DNA of 64,000 bases from NCBI GenBank assembly GCA_036381495.1, contig DASVCS010000015.1:5687-69686 (forward strand), given 5' to 3'. This stretch comes from Longimicrobiales bacterium (GTDB lineage: Bacteria > Gemmatimonadota > Gemmatimonadetes > Longimicrobiales > RSA9). The notes under the pieces are model-generated. The model did not search any database. It worked only from the letters and a program-made list of their open reading frames with translations, and had not been told where the DNA came from. Shown here in pieces: positions 34,349 through 43,644 of the stretch (position 1 is the first letter of the stretch; each line of letters begins with the position of its first letter). Position numbers and translations under genes: made by a program.

Positions 34349-35935
34349 ATGGAAATGGGGAACGAGCCGTCGCAAGTGACGGGACCGGATCTGGCCGCGG
34401 GCGTCGCCGTCGACACGCTGGTCGAGGGCGAACCGCTCCTCGGCCAGGTGGATGGCGAGCCGGTGCTGCTGGTGAAACGGGGTGGAGAGCTGCTCGCGAT
34501 CGGCGCGGTCTGCACGCACTACGGCGGCCCGCTGGCGGAAGGGCTGGTGGTGGGAGATACGATCCACTGCCCGTGGCACCACGCGTGTTTCTCGCTGCGC
34601 ACGGGCGAAGCGCTCGGCGCGCCGGCGTTGAATCCGGTGGCACGCTGGACGGTCGAGGTCCGCGACGGCAAGGCGATCGTGACCGGGAAGGAGGAGGAGC
34701 CGCCGCTCTCGGCGCGTGGTCGGACGGCGACGGGTCCGGAGTCCGTCGTCATCGTCGGCGCGGGCGCCGCGGGGAGCGCCGCGGCGGAAATGCTGCGCCG
34801 CGAGGGGTACGCGGGTCCCATCACGATGGTGGACCCCGATGCGCCGGCGCCGTACGATCGGCCGAATCTCTCGAAGGACTACCTGGCCGGGAACGCGCCG
34901 GAGGAGTGGATCCCTTTGCGCCCCGAGGGCTTCTACGCGGAGCACGGCATCGAGCGCATCGACGCGACGGCCGTCTCGCTCGACCCGTCGGCGCGGACGC
35001 TCACGCTCTCGGACGGACGGAGCCTCGGCTTCGGTGCGCTCCTGCTCGCGACCGGCGCCACGCCCGTAGCGCTGCGCGCGCCCGGCGCCGCGCTGCCGCA
35101 CGTGCACCTGCTGCGCTCGCTCGCGGACTGCCGCGCGATCATCGCGGCGGCGGAGAGCGCGCGCCGCGCCGTCGTCGTGGGCGCCAGCTTCATCGGGATG
35201 GAGGTGGCCGCCTCACTGCGCATGCGTGGGCTCGCCGTCACGGTCGTCGCGCCCGAGGCGCTCCCGTTCGAGCGCACCCTCGGCCCGGACCTCGGTCGCC
35301 TGCTGCGCTCCGTACACGAGGAGCACGGCGTGTCCTTCGCGTTGGGGCACACCGCCGCGCGCATCGAGGCGGATCGCGTCGTGCTGGATGACGGTCGCGA
35401 ACTGGACGCGGACCTCGTGGTGGTCGGCATCGGCGTACGGCCGAACACCGACCTCGCCCGGGCCGCCGGACTCGAAGTCTCGAACGGCGTGCTCGTGAAC
35501 GAATTCCTCGAGACGAGCGCGCCCGGCATCTTCGCGGCCGGCGACATCGCGCGCTTCCCGGACCCGCGCACCGGCGAGCGGATCCGCGTCGAACACTGGG
35601 TCGTCGCGCAGCGGCAGGGCCAGGCCGCGGCGCGCAACATCCTCGGCCGCGCAGAGCCGTTCCTCGACGTGCCCTTCTTCTGGACACAGCACTGGGATCT
35701 CCCGGTGGCCTACGTCGGTCACGCCGCCGGCTGGGACGACATCGTCGTGGATGGCGACCCGCTCTCCCGCGACTGCACGGTCCGCTACCGCCGCGGCGGA
35801 GAGACCCTCGCCGTCGCCACCATCTATCGCGACCACGAGAGCCTCGAAGTCGAAGCCGAGATGGCCGCCGCCGGCGCGCGCCGCGTGGCGGAGACCGCGC
35901 GCGCACACGCCGCCTCCCCGGAGCGTGCGTCGTGA
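34349..35935 (+). CDS. Rieske [2Fe-2S] domain fused to an FAD/NAD(P)-dependent oxidoreductase (ferredoxin-reductase/AIF-like)
   Basis: Rieske motifs CTHYGGP and CPWHHACF. Two Rossmann motifs ([27 protein letters not shown]). [10 protein letters not shown]. The start is ATG 34349 or 34355, after GAGGAGGA. Confidence 0.8.
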   Translation: MEMGNEPSQVTGPDLAAGVAVDTLVEGEPLLGQVDGEPVLLVKRGGELLAIGAVCTHYGGPLAEGLVVGDTIHCPWHHACFSLRTGEALGAPALNPVARWTVEVRDGKAIVTGKEEEPPLSARGRTATGPESVVIVGAGAAGSAAAEMLRREGYAGPITMVDPDAPAPYDRPNLSKDYLAGNAPEEWIPLRPEGFYAEHGIERIDATAVSLDPSARTLTLSDGRSLGFGALLLATGATPVALRAPGAALPHVHLLRSLADCRAIIAAAESARRAVVVGASFIGMEVAASLRMRGLAVTVVAPEALPFERTLGPDLGRLLRSVHEEHGVSFALGHTAARIEADRVVLDDGRELDADLVVVGIGVRPNTDLARAAGLEVSNGVLVNEFLETSAPGIFAAGDIARFPDPRTGERIRVEHWVVAQRQGQAAARNILGRAEPFLDVPFFWTQHWDLPVAYVGHAAGWDDIVVDGDPLSRDCTVRYRRGGETLAVATIYRDHESLEVEAEMAAAGARRVAETARAHAASPERAS

Positions 35936-36735
35936 GTCGCCGCAGGACGACGTCGCAGAATCCAGTGATCCCGACGACGTCGGGTGCCCCGGCGCACCCG
36001 GCGCCGCCGGACGGCGCGGCGAACCCCGCCGCCACGGCGCCGGCGGGATCCCCCGCCGATGCGCCGGCCCCGGCCGCCGCGCGGAACGGCCGCCCGCGCC
36101 GATCGGATGTAGCGCCTGCAACGGACGCGGCCTCGCGCGCCGCCCCGAGCCCGCACACCGGGGAGGACCCGCCCACGGATGCCGAGCTCGAAGGCCTGGT
36201 CCGCCGCCTGCTCGAACTGCTGGGCGAGGACCCGGCGCGCGCCGGGCTCGTCGCGACGCCACGCCGCGTCGCCCGCGCACTGCGCTGGCTCACCCGCGGA
36301 TACAGCCGCACCGCCCAGGACGCGATCGGCGGCGCCCTCTTCGAGGAGCGCCACGAGGCGATGATCCTGGTCAAGGACATCGAGCTGTATTCCCTCTGCG
36401 AGCACCACATGCTCCCGTTCTACGGCCGCGCCCACGTCGCCTACGTGCCGGACGGCCGGATCGTCGGGCTCTCGAAGATCGCGCGCGTGGTCGACGTCTT
36501 CGCCCGCCGGCTCCAGGTCCAGGAGCGGCTGACCGACCAGATCGCCGACGCGCTCGCCCGAGTGCTGCGCCCGCGCGGCGTCGCCGTCGTCATCGAGGCG
36601 CACCACCTGTGCATGATGATGCGCGGCGTGGAGAAACAGAACTCGAAGACGATCACGAGCGCGGTTCGCGGCGTCTTCGCCGACTGCCCCATGCGCCGCG
36701 ACGAGTTCCTGCGGCTGGCGATGCGCGGGGAGTGA
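35932..36735 (+). CDS. folE: GTP cyclohydrolase I with a Pro/Ala-rich N-terminal extension
   Basis: Core [17 protein letters not shown]...[53 protein letters not shown]...HLCMMMRGV. The GTG at 35932 overlaps the upstream TGA (GTGA). The only other in-frame start before the core is GTG 35965. Confidence 0.85.
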   Translation: MSRRRTTSQNPVIPTTSGAPAHPAPPDGAANPAATAPAGSPADAPAPAAARNGRPRRSDVAPATDAASRAAPSPHTGEDPPTDAELEGLVRRLLELLGEDPARAGLVATPRRVARALRWLTRGYSRTAQDAIGGALFEERHEAMILVKDIELYSLCEHHMLPFYGRAHVAYVPDGRIVGLSKIARVVDVFARRLQVQERLTDQIADALARVLRPRGVAVVIEAHHLCMMMRGVEKQNSKTITSAVRGVFADCPMRRDEFLRLAMRGE

Positions 36736-36912
36736 GAGGGGCACGGGGCCCGCGTGCGGCGGCGACGTGGTCGCCGACGGGCACACGTCCATGCGGTCGG
36801 AGTCGCCGCCGCTCCGTGCAGCCTCGCCTCCGCGCTCCTGAGCCCCCGGCCCCGGCCACCCGCCGGGACCGTTCCTCCCCCATACCTTGACACCCGACAA
36901 TCGCCGTCCCGT

Positions 36913-36933
36913 CCTTGCTGTCGAACGACAAGG
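36913..36933. promoter_or_regulatory. Imperfect palindrome upstream of padR (candidate operator)
   Basis: CCTTGC-TGTCG-aa-CGACA-AGG, 22 nt upstream of the padR ATG. TTGACA lies at 36887-36892. Confidence 0.3.
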
Positions 36934-36954
36934 CATCCGGCGTGGGAGGTGGCG

Positions 36955-37296
36955 ATGGCGAAAGGTGCGGCGAAGGCGGATCTGCTCCAGGGCACGCTGG
37001 ATCTGCTGATCCTCAAGACGCTGGTGCTGGGGCCGTTGCACGGCTGGGGGATCAGCAAGCGGATCCGGCAGCTCTCGGGTGAGGTGCTCCAGGTCAACCA
37101 GGGCTCGCTCTACCCGGCGCTCTACCGGTTGGAGGACCGGGGGTTGATCGAGGCGGAGTGGGGCGTCTCGCCCGAGGGTCGGCGGGCGAAGTTCTACCGG
37201 CTGACGCGGGCGGGGCGGGCGGCGTTCGTGGCGGAGCGGGAGGGTTGGCGCCTGTTCTCGGGGGCGGTGGACCGGATCCTGGAGGCGACGCCATGA
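36955..37296 (+). CDS. PadR-family transcriptional regulator (Acidobacteria-type)
   Basis: ORF 36754..37296(+), ATG at 36955. LLQGTLDLLILKTLVLGPLHGWGISKRIRQLSGEVLQVNQGSLYPALYRLEDRGLIEAEWGVSPEGRRAKFYRLTRAG. Confidence 0.85.
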   Translation: MAKGAAKADLLQGTLDLLILKTLVLGPLHGWGISKRIRQLSGEVLQVNQGSLYPALYRLEDRGLIEAEWGVSPEGRRAKFYRLTRAGRAAFVAEREGWRLFSGAVDRILEATP

Positions 37297-37568
37297 GGCC
37301 GGGGTGGAGCCGTCCGACGATGTGGCTGGCGCGCTGGCGGCGCCGGGGGCGGTACCTGCTCGGGCGTTCCGGCTGGCGACGGTCGGTCTCGCCCTCGGAT
37401 TGCCGGGCGCGCTCGCGCTCACCCGGCTGGTCGGCGCGCCACGCGCCCTGGCTGGCACGTGGGATGCGCCTGAATCCGTCGCCACGGGATCGGTGGGCGG
37501 AGCATGCGACGAATCGGCCGGCCGCGAGTGAAAGATCGCGATGCAGCGCGGATCCAGCGCGCGGGTAA
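37293..37568 (+). pseudogene. Possible decayed remnant of a PadR-linked duplicated (FtsX/ADOP-type) permease
   Basis: The ATG at 37293 overlaps the padR TGA (ATGA), as in intact PadR-permease pairs. The N-terminus is MRPGWSRPTMWLARWRRRGRYLL. In the +1 frame, VGLALGLPGALALTRLV resembles the last FtsX TM segment. Back in frame 0, ARGMRLNPSPRDR resembles the ARRAxRVDPxxALR C-terminus. Only about 90 codons remain instead of about 800. Confidence 0.3.
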
Positions 37569-39492
37569 GCGGCGTGGGCCGAGGCCCGTGCCGCTCCGGC
37601 GGGCGGGGCTCGCGTTTCTCTTCATCATCCTCGCGCTCTTCGCGATCGCGCTGTTACCGCCCTGGGTGGCGCGGCAAACGGCGGGGCTACGGCAAGAGAT
37701 CCAGGAAGTCATCCTGCCGGCGCAGGCGCTGGCGACCGAAATCCAATCGGCGCTCGCGCGTGAGGTGGCGGGGAGCCGTGGATTTCTCCTGACGGGTGAT
37801 CGGCAGTTCCTGGACATCGTCCGGGAGGCGCAGGCGGTCGAGATCAGGTCGGTGCGAGCGTTGGATCCGCTCGCACGCCGCCTGGGTCCGGGCGTGGGCG
37901 CGCAGGTCGATACGATGGAGCGACGGATCGAGCGCTGGCACGCCCTGTCGGACTCGCTGGTGGCGGGCCTGATCGCGGGGGAGCGGTACGTCGCGGCGCT
38001 GCCGGAGCAGGAGGCGCGGTACGAGGCGGCCCTGACGTCGGCGGTCCGCCTCGAGTGGATGATCGAGGGGCTGCTCGTGGACCGGCAAGCGGCGATCGTT
38101 GCGGCCAACCGCAGGGGCTGGATCATCGGCGGCCTCCTCGTCGCGCTCGCGCTGGTCGCCGCACTGGATGCGGGCTGGCTGTACCGGCAGCAGCGCCGGC
38201 TGACCGAAGCCGTCGAGGAGTCGCGTGCCGCCGCGTTGCGGCAGGCGCGCTCGGAGGCGGCGTTGCGGGAGGCGGTCTCCGCCGTTGTCGCGGCGGCTAC
38301 GACGGCGGAGGTGGTCCGCGCGATCGGAGCGCGCGCGCTGGTCGCGACGGACGCGGACGGCGCGTTCGTCGCGCGGCTGGATGCGGCGCGCGGCGAGCTC
38401 GAAGTCGCGGCTGCGGCCGGGAGTCCGGCACCGCCGCTGGAGATGCGCATCGCCTACCGCGGCTCTCTCTCGGAGCGGGTCATCACGCGGGGACGTCCGG
38501 AAATCGTGGCATCACCCGAGGCGTATCCACCACTCGCGGAGCTGTGCGCCGAATGCTCGTTTCTCGCGGTTCCGCTGGGCGGAAGGGACCGGCCGTTCGG
38601 CGCGCTGTTCGTGGTGCGACGGCCGAGCCGGACGCCGTTCACGTCGGACGAAGTGGAACGCGCGCTCATCTTCGGCGAACTGGCGACGCTCGCCTTTCGC
38701 CGGCTCCAACTGCTGGAGACCTCGGAGCACCGGCGCCTCGAACTCCAACGACTCCTGGAGAGCCGCGACCGGCTCACGCGAGGTCTCTCGCACGACGTGA
38801 AGAACCCGCTGGGCGCCGCGGACGGCTTCCTCCAGCTCCTCGAGATGGGGGTCAGGGGCCCGCTGAACTCCGCCCAGCGCGAAGGCGTCGGCCGCGCGCG
38901 CGAGGCGATCCGGGAGGCAGTGCGGCTGCTCGACGAGGTCCTCGAAATCGCTCGTGCGGAGGCGGGTCAGCTCGGGCTCACGCTCGAACCGGCCGAAATC
39001 GGGCACATTGCGCACAGCGCCGCCGAGGAATACCGGGCGCAGGCGGAGGCGAAGCATCTCGATCTGCGGGTCGCCATCCCCGAGGGGCTGACCACGATCG
39101 AGACCGATGCGGCCCGCGCACGGCGGATCATCGGGAACCTGCTCTCGAACGCGGTCAAGTACACGGGCGATGGCGGCCGCATCGAGATCCGTGTCACGGA
39201 GCGGGAGAACGGCGGGGCCCCGCGGCCCGGCCGCTGGATCGCGGTTGCCGTCACGGATACGGGGCCAGGGATCCCGAAGGAGAAGCAGCGCTGGATCTTC
39301 GAGGAATTCACCCGCATCGGAGGAGCGGGTGCCGAGCCGGGCGCGGGCCTCGGCCTGGCGGTCAGTCAGCGCCTGGCGCACGCGTTGGGCGGCGCGATCA
39401 CGGTCGAGAGCGAGGTGGGTCGCGGGAGCACCTTCACGCTCTGGCTGCCGGTCGAGCCACCCACCGGTGCGGCGGTGGCCGAAGCCGCGTGA
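37504..39492 (+). CDS. Sensor histidine kinase (TM, CHASE3-like, TM, GAF, HisKA, HATPase_c)
   Basis: The CHASE3 hallmark is AGSRGFLLTGDRQFLD, between two TM segments. The H-box is LSHDVKNPLGAADGFLQLL, the N-box IIGNLLSNAVKYT, and the G-boxes DTGPGIP and GAGLGLAVS. No adjacent response regulator. Confidence 0.85.
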   Translation: MRRIGRPRVKDRDAARIQRAGKRRGPRPVPLRRAGLAFLFIILALFAIALLPPWVARQTAGLRQEIQEVILPAQALATEIQSALAREVAGSRGFLLTGDRQFLDIVREAQAVEIRSVRALDPLARRLGPGVGAQVDTMERRIERWHALSDSLVAGLIAGERYVAALPEQEARYEAALTSAVRLEWMIEGLLVDRQAAIVAANRRGWIIGGLLVALALVAALDAGWLYRQQRRLTEAVEESRAAALRQARSEAALREAVSAVVAAATTAEVVRAIGARALVATDADGAFVARLDAARGELEVAAAAGSPAPPLEMRIAYRGSLSERVITRGRPEIVASPEAYPPLAELCAECSFLAVPLGGRDRPFGALFVVRRPSRTPFTSDEVERALIFGELATLAFRRLQLLETSEHRRLELQRLLESRDRLTRGLSHDVKNPLGAADGFLQLLEMGVRGPLNSAQREGVGRAREAIREAVRLLDEVLEIARAEAGQLGLTLEPAEIGHIAHSAAEEYRAQAEAKHLDLRVAIPEGLTTIETDAARARRIIGNLLSNAVKYTGDGGRIEIRVTERENGGAPRPGRWIAVAVTDTGPGIPKEKQRWIFEEFTRIGGAGAEPGAGLGLAVSQRLAHALGGAITVESEVGRGSTFTLWLPVEPPTGAAVAEAA

Positions 39493-39516
39493 GGCGCCGG
39501 CCCCGCGCGATCCCGC

Positions 39517-40284
39517 CTATCGCCGTCCACGCCGCGCGCGCCCCGGGCCGCCGAAGGTGTAAGCCACGGCGAGTCGAAAGAGCGTCTGTCGCACCGTCGT
39601 CGGCTCATCGATGGTGAAACCCGTGAGCGGACGGAACGACTCTTCCCCGCTGAACGGGTTGCCGCCGCCGAACGTCGTCGCTTCCAGGCGCACCCGCCAG
39701 TGCCACGAGACGCGGTACTGAAGGCCCAGAATGCCCACCCCGCCGAGTCGCAGGCGGGTGTTGTCGCCACCCGAGCTGATCAGGTCTCGCTCCTCCTCGT
39801 CGTCGAGGCTCCACCAGGCCAGCGCGAAGCCGAGCCCACCGTAGGGGACGAGCCGGATCCGCTCCGGGAGGAGGAAGCGAATGGCCTCGATGCTGAGGAT
39901 GTTGCTGCTGAGGTCGGCGACGTCACCGATATCGAAGAGATCGGAGCCGTTCCCGGTGTCGTCTTCGTAGTCCAGTTCCGTCGAGGTGTGGGTGAAGGCG
40001 AGCCGGACCGTGGTGCGCGGGAGGATGGTTGCGCCGATCGATCCGCCGAAGCCGAACGCGTTGTCCGCGGTCAACTCCCGCTGGGCGCTGACGAGCGGTA
40101 CGATCGTGGGCGACTGCAAGAGGAACCGGCCGAAGTTGCTCAGTCCGCCGTAGAGCTCGATGGTCCAGTTGGGGAACCCGAGGAACCAGCGGGCCTCTTC
40201 GTCTCGCTGGGCCGCTGCCGGGCCGGGCGAGAGCATGATTGCCGTCAACGCGATCCATGCGACGATCGCCAGCCGCCTCGACAT
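39517..40284 (-). CDS. Outer-membrane beta-barrel protein (porin-family/OmpA-barrel-like)
   Basis: ORF 39517..40374(-), ATG at 40284. Signal MSRRLAIVAWIALTAIMLSPGPAAAQ. Alternating beta-strand pattern. The beta-signal-like FRLAVAYTF is followed by 11 extra basic residues. Confidence 0.65.
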   Translation of the reverse strand: MSRRLAIVAWIALTAIMLSPGPAAAQRDEEARWFLGFPNWTIELYGGLSNFGRFLLQSPTIVPLVSAQRELTADNAFGFGGSIGATILPRTTVRLAFTHTSTELDYEDDTGNGSDLFDIGDVADLSSNILSIEAIRFLLPERIRLVPYGGLGFALAWWSLDDEEERDLISSGGDNTRLRLGGVGILGLQYRVSWHWRVRLEATTFGGGNPFSGEESFRPLTGFTIDEPTTVRQTLFRLAVAYTFGGPGRARRGRR

Positions 40285-40580
40285 ACCGCGCCTCTCTTTC
40301 CGTTCGTGGGCGGGCCCCTCCCGGCGGCCGCCGCGGGCAACCGCTGGTGCGCCCGCGGGGATCCGCAAGGCCATCCGCCGCCGCGCCGGCCGGTCCGCGT
40401 CGCGGAGCCGGGATGGAGTGGCGGCGATTCGTTCGTCGGATCGCCCCCCGCAACTTCAATGCGAGCGGGCACGGCGGCCGGGGGCACGACCGGACCACGG
40501 GAGGCGTCGGCTGGCGAGAGGCGCGGGCGGGCGCGGGAAGCGCGCCCGGGATCGAATTCGGAGTGGTGCGGCAGCGGCTT

Positions 40581-40673
40581 TGCAGCGGTTCGCCCGCCGG
40601 TCTGGAGCCGCTCGGCCGCCCGCGCGCTCGCGACGCGCGGGTGCGACTCCGGACCGATAGGGCAACCGCTCTA
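40581..40673 (+). repeat. Repeat family B element (copy E2)
   Basis: Left arm TGCAGCGGTTC-GCCCGCCGGT-CTGGAG. The right arm, reverse-complemented, is TAGAGCGGTTG-CCCTATCGGT-CCGGAG. Its terminal CTA (40671-40673) is the stop codon of the minus-strand gene 40671..41354. A half copy (CAGCGGTTGCCCGCGG...CCGGGAGG on the minus strand) lies at 40317-40346. Confidence 0.7.
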
Positions 40674-41354
40674 GCGTGCCATTCCGTGCCGGTGCCACGC
40701 GGCGAGCGCCCCGAACGCGGCGCCCGCGACGAGCGCGAGCGCTGCGCCGACCCATCCGAGAACGTTGAGATCCGCGACGTGCAGCCACGCCAGCACCCAG
40801 AACCCGACCAGCGCGGCGATGCCGCAGCCGGCGGGGTAGAGCAGGATCGCGCGCCTCGACATCGGCGCGGCCCGCTCGTGGCGGCCGGGGAGGAGGCGCT
40901 TCAGCCGATCGTAGTCCCAGACCAGGAGGTAAGCGCTCGCCAGGACCATCATCGCCGGGGCGACCGGCGCGCCGCCGATGTCCGTGGAGAGCCTGAGCAG
41001 GAAGATGTTGAGAATGACCGGGAAATACATCACGGCGCCGAGCGTCGCCGTGCTCGGCAGCAGGAGCAGGAGCCCCGCGCCGACCTGCGCCCACCCGACG
41101 AAGGCGTACCAGGCGCCGGCTCCGTAGAAGGCGCCGAAGACGGAACCGATCGGCGTCGCGGAGTCGAAGCCGAGGCCGAAGCCGAACTCGCTCCTCATGA
41201 CCTTGATCATCCCCGGGAGGATGAACGAGATCGCCAGGAAGACGCGAACGATCACCGTGACTTGTCGGAGGAACGCCGATGCCCGAACCCGGGCATAAAG
41301 ACCGTTCATGCCCGTCGCGACGGGCTCCATCACCCGCTGCACTTCGCTGGACAC
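40671..41354 (-). CDS. Integral membrane protein (DoxX-like), unknown function
   Basis: Hydrophobic 4-6 TM profile (VTVIVRVFLAISFILPGMIKV, AWYAFVGWAQVGAGLLLLLPS, GAVMYFPVILNIFLL...). The start is uncertain: GTG 41354, ATG 41330 or ATG 41309. Confidence 0.55.
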   Translation of the reverse strand: MSSEVQRVMEPVATGMNGLYARVRASAFLRQVTVIVRVFLAISFILPGMIKVMRSEFGFGLGFDSATPIGSVFGAFYGAGAWYAFVGWAQVGAGLLLLLPSTATLGAVMYFPVILNIFLLRLSTDIGGAPVAPAMMVLASAYLLVWDYDRLKRLLPGRHERAAPMSRRAILLYPAGCGIAALVGFWVLAWLHVADLNVLGWVGAALALVAGAAFGALAAWHRHGMAR

Positions 41355-41781
41355 CCTGAATCCCTCCGCTCGCGGTGGTCGCGTGCCGGCAACGTCGCCG
41401 ACACGGCATCGGCGCCGCCCGAGGCCAGCCGGACGGCACCTGAAGATTTCGCCCCCGACCGGTGTCGCGCAACCGTCGACGACGGCGGTGCGCCCGTCTC
41501 GTGGCCGGGCAGTCGGCCATCAGGATGCGCCGCGGAAGCGGCGGGGTGCCCGTATGCGCGGCCGAACGGGACGGACGCCTGCACGCTTCGCGGCAGGGGA
41601 TCATCGCGGCGTCGGACGGCACCGGAACGGCGGCGGCGCCGAAATGCAGCGCCGGCGCCCGGACGGAGGGTCCGGGCGCCGGAGTGTGCGCGGCACGGGG
41701 TCGGCGCATCGGATGGCGGCGCGCCCGCAGCGCGTGCCAGGGCGCCGACCGCGCCGCGCCGTCACGACACGGGGCGCGACC

Positions 41782-43644
41782 TCACGATGCGGGTGCGCCC
41801 GCGGTCTGGAAGCTGACCGGGATCTGGATCCACACCGGGACCGGTTCGCCGTCCACGTTCAGCGCCGGCAAGAAGCGCATGACGTTCGCCACGCGCTGCG
41901 CGGCGGCGTCCAGCGCCGGATATCCGCTCGACGCCGAAACGGTCGCATTGACGACCGTGCCCTGCGCATCGATGAAGAGGAACATGGTCACCGAGCCGCC
42001 GATCCCGGCGTCCCGGAGCGCCGCCGGATATGACGCCGCCAGGGCCTGCTGCACCTCTGCGACGTTCGCGAGCGACGGCCTCACCCGCCCGATGGACGGC
42101 TGCTGCTTTTCTCCGGCGGCGCGACGCAGTGCGGCCGCGGCGGTGGTGAGGCGGCGCTCCCGTTCCGCCGACGGGGTGCTAGCCTCCGGTTCCGATGCCC
42201 CTCCGGCGCGCCGGAGCGACGGCGGGAACCTGAAATCGCTGCGGAACGTCCCGCCCGCGTCCGACGGCGTCAGGGTGCCGGAAAACGCCCGACCCTCATC
42301 GACCCGGAACGTCCCACCGGATTCCGGGAAGGTCAAGGTGCCCGGCAGCGGCCCACGCGCACGAGCGCCGGTCGACCGCACCTCACTCGGTTGCACCGCC
42401 TCCGCCAACCGCGCCGTGGCGGCCCGCACGGCGTCGCGCTCGGCCGCGGCGGCGGCGGCACGACCCTGTGCCGCCGCCTTCGTCGTGATGCGGATCTCGC
42501 CGCAGCCGCCGAGCTTCGTCGTGTGGCTGGCCGGATCGAAGCTGATCGCCGCGCCCTTGCGGACCTCGATCCTCTCGATGTCGTCCGGCCCGAGATTCTC
42601 GACCGCGGATTCACCCTTGCCCGGGAAGGTCCCGATGCGAACGCCGTCGACGTACATGACGGGACGGCACTCGGCGGGATCCGCGCCGTCCGGCACGGGA
42701 TCGAGGACGACGTGATCGCCGCCGACCGCGGCCTGCGGCTGCTCCTCGGGGATCGCCAGCGGCTCGGGCGCCTCGCACGCGCCGATCACGAGGAGCGCGG
42801 AAGCGCCGGCGCTTGCGAGGAACCGGCCGCGGCGCGGCCCGCCGCGCCGGCCGATCAGTCGGATCCGGCGCTCGAGAAACGGCTTCGGTTCGACGAGCCC
42901 CGCCATCATCAGCGCGCCGGCGCCGCGACGCCGGCCCACTTCGAGGAGCAGTTCACCATACGCGCGCGCATCCGGCACCCGTCGCAGAACGCGCGCATCG
43001 CAGTCCAGCTCCAGCGCCTGGCGCAGGCGCCAGAACTGCCACCACAGCGCGGGGTTCCACGGCATGGCGATGAGCGCCGCGACGGCCGCGACCACCAGCC
43101 GTGGATCCCCGGCGCGCAGGTGCTCCGACTCGTGGAGCAGCATCAGCTCCCGAAGCCGCGCGTCCAGTGCCAGCGCCCACTCGGGGATCACGATCGAGCC
43201 ACGCACGAAGCCCAGTGCGGCCGGACCGGTCCGCCCGGACACCAGGACCGGCGTCCCGCCCACCTCCGCCCGACGCCACCCCGCGCGCTCGCGCCACAGC
43301 CGCAGCAACGAGGCAAGCACCACGAGCAAGAAGAGCGCCGATGCCGCCAGCCAGGCGTACCGGAGCGAGGTGTCGAGGAGTCCGGCGGCCGGCGCCGCCG
43401 GGAGCGACGGCTGGACCACGATCTGTTCGAGGACCGCCGGGTCCGCGGTGACCGGCGCTTCCCCACCCCACGACGGCCACCCCAGCCATGCCGCCAGCGG
43501 CATGGCCAGCGAGCCCGCCATCGCGCCGACCCACACCCAGCGCACCGGGCGGCCCGCCGCCCGCAGCGCCGCCTCGCCCGCAACGGCGGCGATTCCCAAC
43601 AGCGTCGCGACGAGCGCGCAGTAGAACAGCCATGTCGCCATCAT
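41782..43644 (-). CDS. BlaR1-like M56 peptidase sensor fused to a plug-like segment and a TonB C-terminal domain (module 2)
   Basis: M56 motif LLHESEHLRAGDP. Plug-like segment MYVDGVRIG...LGPDDIERIEVRKGAA...GEIRITTK. The TonB_C segment is YPAALRDAGIGGSVTMFLFIDAQGTVVNATVSASSGYPALDAAAQRVANVMRFLPALNVDGEPVPVW. Its ATG overlaps the blaI-2 TGA (ATGA). Confidence 0.85.
   Translation of the reverse strand: MMATWLFYCALVATLLGIAAVAGEAALRAAGRPVRWVWVGAMAGSLAMPLAAWLGWPSWGGEAPVTADPAVLEQIVVQPSLPAAPAAGLLDTSLRYAWLAASALFLLVVLASLLRLWRERAGWRRAEVGGTPVLVSGRTGPAALGFVRGSIVIPEWALALDARLRELMLLHESEHLRAGDPRLVVAAVAALIAMPWNPALWWQFWRLRQALELDCDARVLRRVPDARAYGELLLEVGRRRGAGALMMAGLVEPKPFLERRIRLIGRRGGPRRGRFLASAGASALLVIGACEAPEPLAIPEEQPQAAVGGDHVVLDPVPDGADPAECRPVMYVDGVRIGTFPGKGESAVENLGPDDIERIEVRKGAAISFDPASHTTKLGGCGEIRITTKAAAQGRAAAAAAERDAVRAATARLAEAVQPSEVRSTGARARGPLPGTLTFPESGGTFRVDEGRAFSGTLTPSDAGGTFRSDFRFPPSLRRAGGASEPEASTPSAERERRLTTAAAALRRAAGEKQQPSIGRVRPSLANVAEVQQALAASYPAALRDAGIGGSVTMFLFIDAQGTVVNATVSASSGYPALDAAAQRVANVMRFLPALNVDGEPVPVWIQIPVSFQTAGAPAS

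Noticed and set aside
39517-39552. The OMP has 11 basic residues (GGPGRARRGRR) after the beta-signal-like ...AVAYTF.
   Set aside because: This could simply be a lineage-specific tail or a slightly displaced stop. It cannot be evaluated without orthologues.
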